From positions 832,001 through 896,000 of the forward strand of contig OZ244239.1 of NCBI GenBank assembly GCA_965217115.1: a DNA stretch of 64,000 bases, given 5' to 3'. Origin of the DNA: Bdellovibrionales bacterium (GTDB lineage Bacteria; Bdellovibrionota; Bdellovibrionia; Bdellovibrionales; CAYMLA01). This document shows positions 63,475 through 64,000 of this stretch, piece by piece. A program made the position numbers and the translations under genes. Every line of letters begins with the position of its first letter. The stretch's first letter is position 1. The notes beneath the pieces were generated by a model, which saw only the letters and a list, made by a program, of their open reading frames with translations, was not told the origin of the DNA and did no database searches.

Positions 63475-64000
63475 ATGAACTCCCCCCATAAAAAAAAACT
63501 CAACCGAAAAAGAATTCAAGAAAAATTTTCTACCCATATTTATGTTCTCCCTAATCTTGTAACTACGGGAAACCTTTTTTTTGGTTATTACAGTATTATC
63601 CACGCCTTCCAAGGAAAGTTTATTACAGCCGCTTTTGCTATTGTCGCAGCCTCTATCTTTGATCTTCTCGATGGTCGAGTGGCAAGACTCACTCGCACAA
63701 CCAGTAAATTCGGCGCTGAATACGACTCTCTTTGTGATCTTGTTAGCTTTGGTATTGCTCCCTCTCTACTTCTTTATCTCTGGGCTTTACAACCTTTTGG
63801 CCGCTTGGGGTGGATGATTAGTTTTCTTTACGTCGCTTGCAGTGCTCTAAGATTGGCCCGTTTCAATGTCTCCGAAGATGAAGAAGCCAAAGGTTATTTT
63901 CAAGGGCTGCCCGTACCCATGGCGGCAGGTATCGTTGCCTCATCTGTTCTTGCTTTCCAAAATTTGAAACTAGACGCCTATGGCTCCATTGCTTTGCTAG
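63475..64000 (+). CDS. pssA: CDP-diacylglycerol--serine O-phosphatidyltransferase, runs off the window end
   Basis: Manual translation: [15 protein letters not shown]...[10 protein letters not shown]...[20 protein letters not shown]...ALRLARFN...YFQGLPVP. Confidence 0.92.
   Translation, partial: MNSPHKKKLNRKRIQEKFSTHIYVLPNLVTTGNLFFGYYSIIHAFQGKFITAAFAIVAASIFDLLDGRVARLTRTTSKFGAEYDSLCDLVSFGIAPSLLLYLWALQPFGRLGWMISFLYVACSALRLARFNVSEDEEAKGYFQGLPVPMAAGIVASSVLAFQNLKLDAYGSIALL

Noticed and set aside
63581..63817. 78-aa ORF in the track
   Set aside because: It is an alternative frame inside pssA, which starts at 63475 and runs off the window.

Overview
AT-rich chromosomal window from a bacterium most consistent with Bdellovibrionota, inferred from gene content and order (pilMNOPQ-pilD-pilHI, divIVA-proC-yggS beside a tadC/DUF192/FHA cluster, a TIGR02147 gene). 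It contains housekeeping genes (murJ, rpsT, holA, lptE, valS, lnt, sppA, lipA-E2-lpdA-lipB, pssA), one minus-strand rRNA operon (16S-tRNA-Ile-23S-5S) and a separate tRNA-Ala. Two small decayed islets are bounded by direct repeats: one at the tRNA-Ala 3' end (13 bp) and one at the sppA 3' end (50 bp). The most unusual signal is non-coding: three copies of a palindromic element (12945, 49590, 50711) share two conserved core motifs, while their 22-38 bp perfect inverted arms differ between copies. Two of these copies cap a ~1.28 kb mirror-symmetric region with inward-facing G-rich ~23-bp tandem repeats and no credible gene. Also notable are a Maf-YggS fusion, a Tad/Kil-like FHA operon ending in a degenerate PP2C-like protein, and a degenerate sulfatase. 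All calls come from reading the sequence; no database searches were run.
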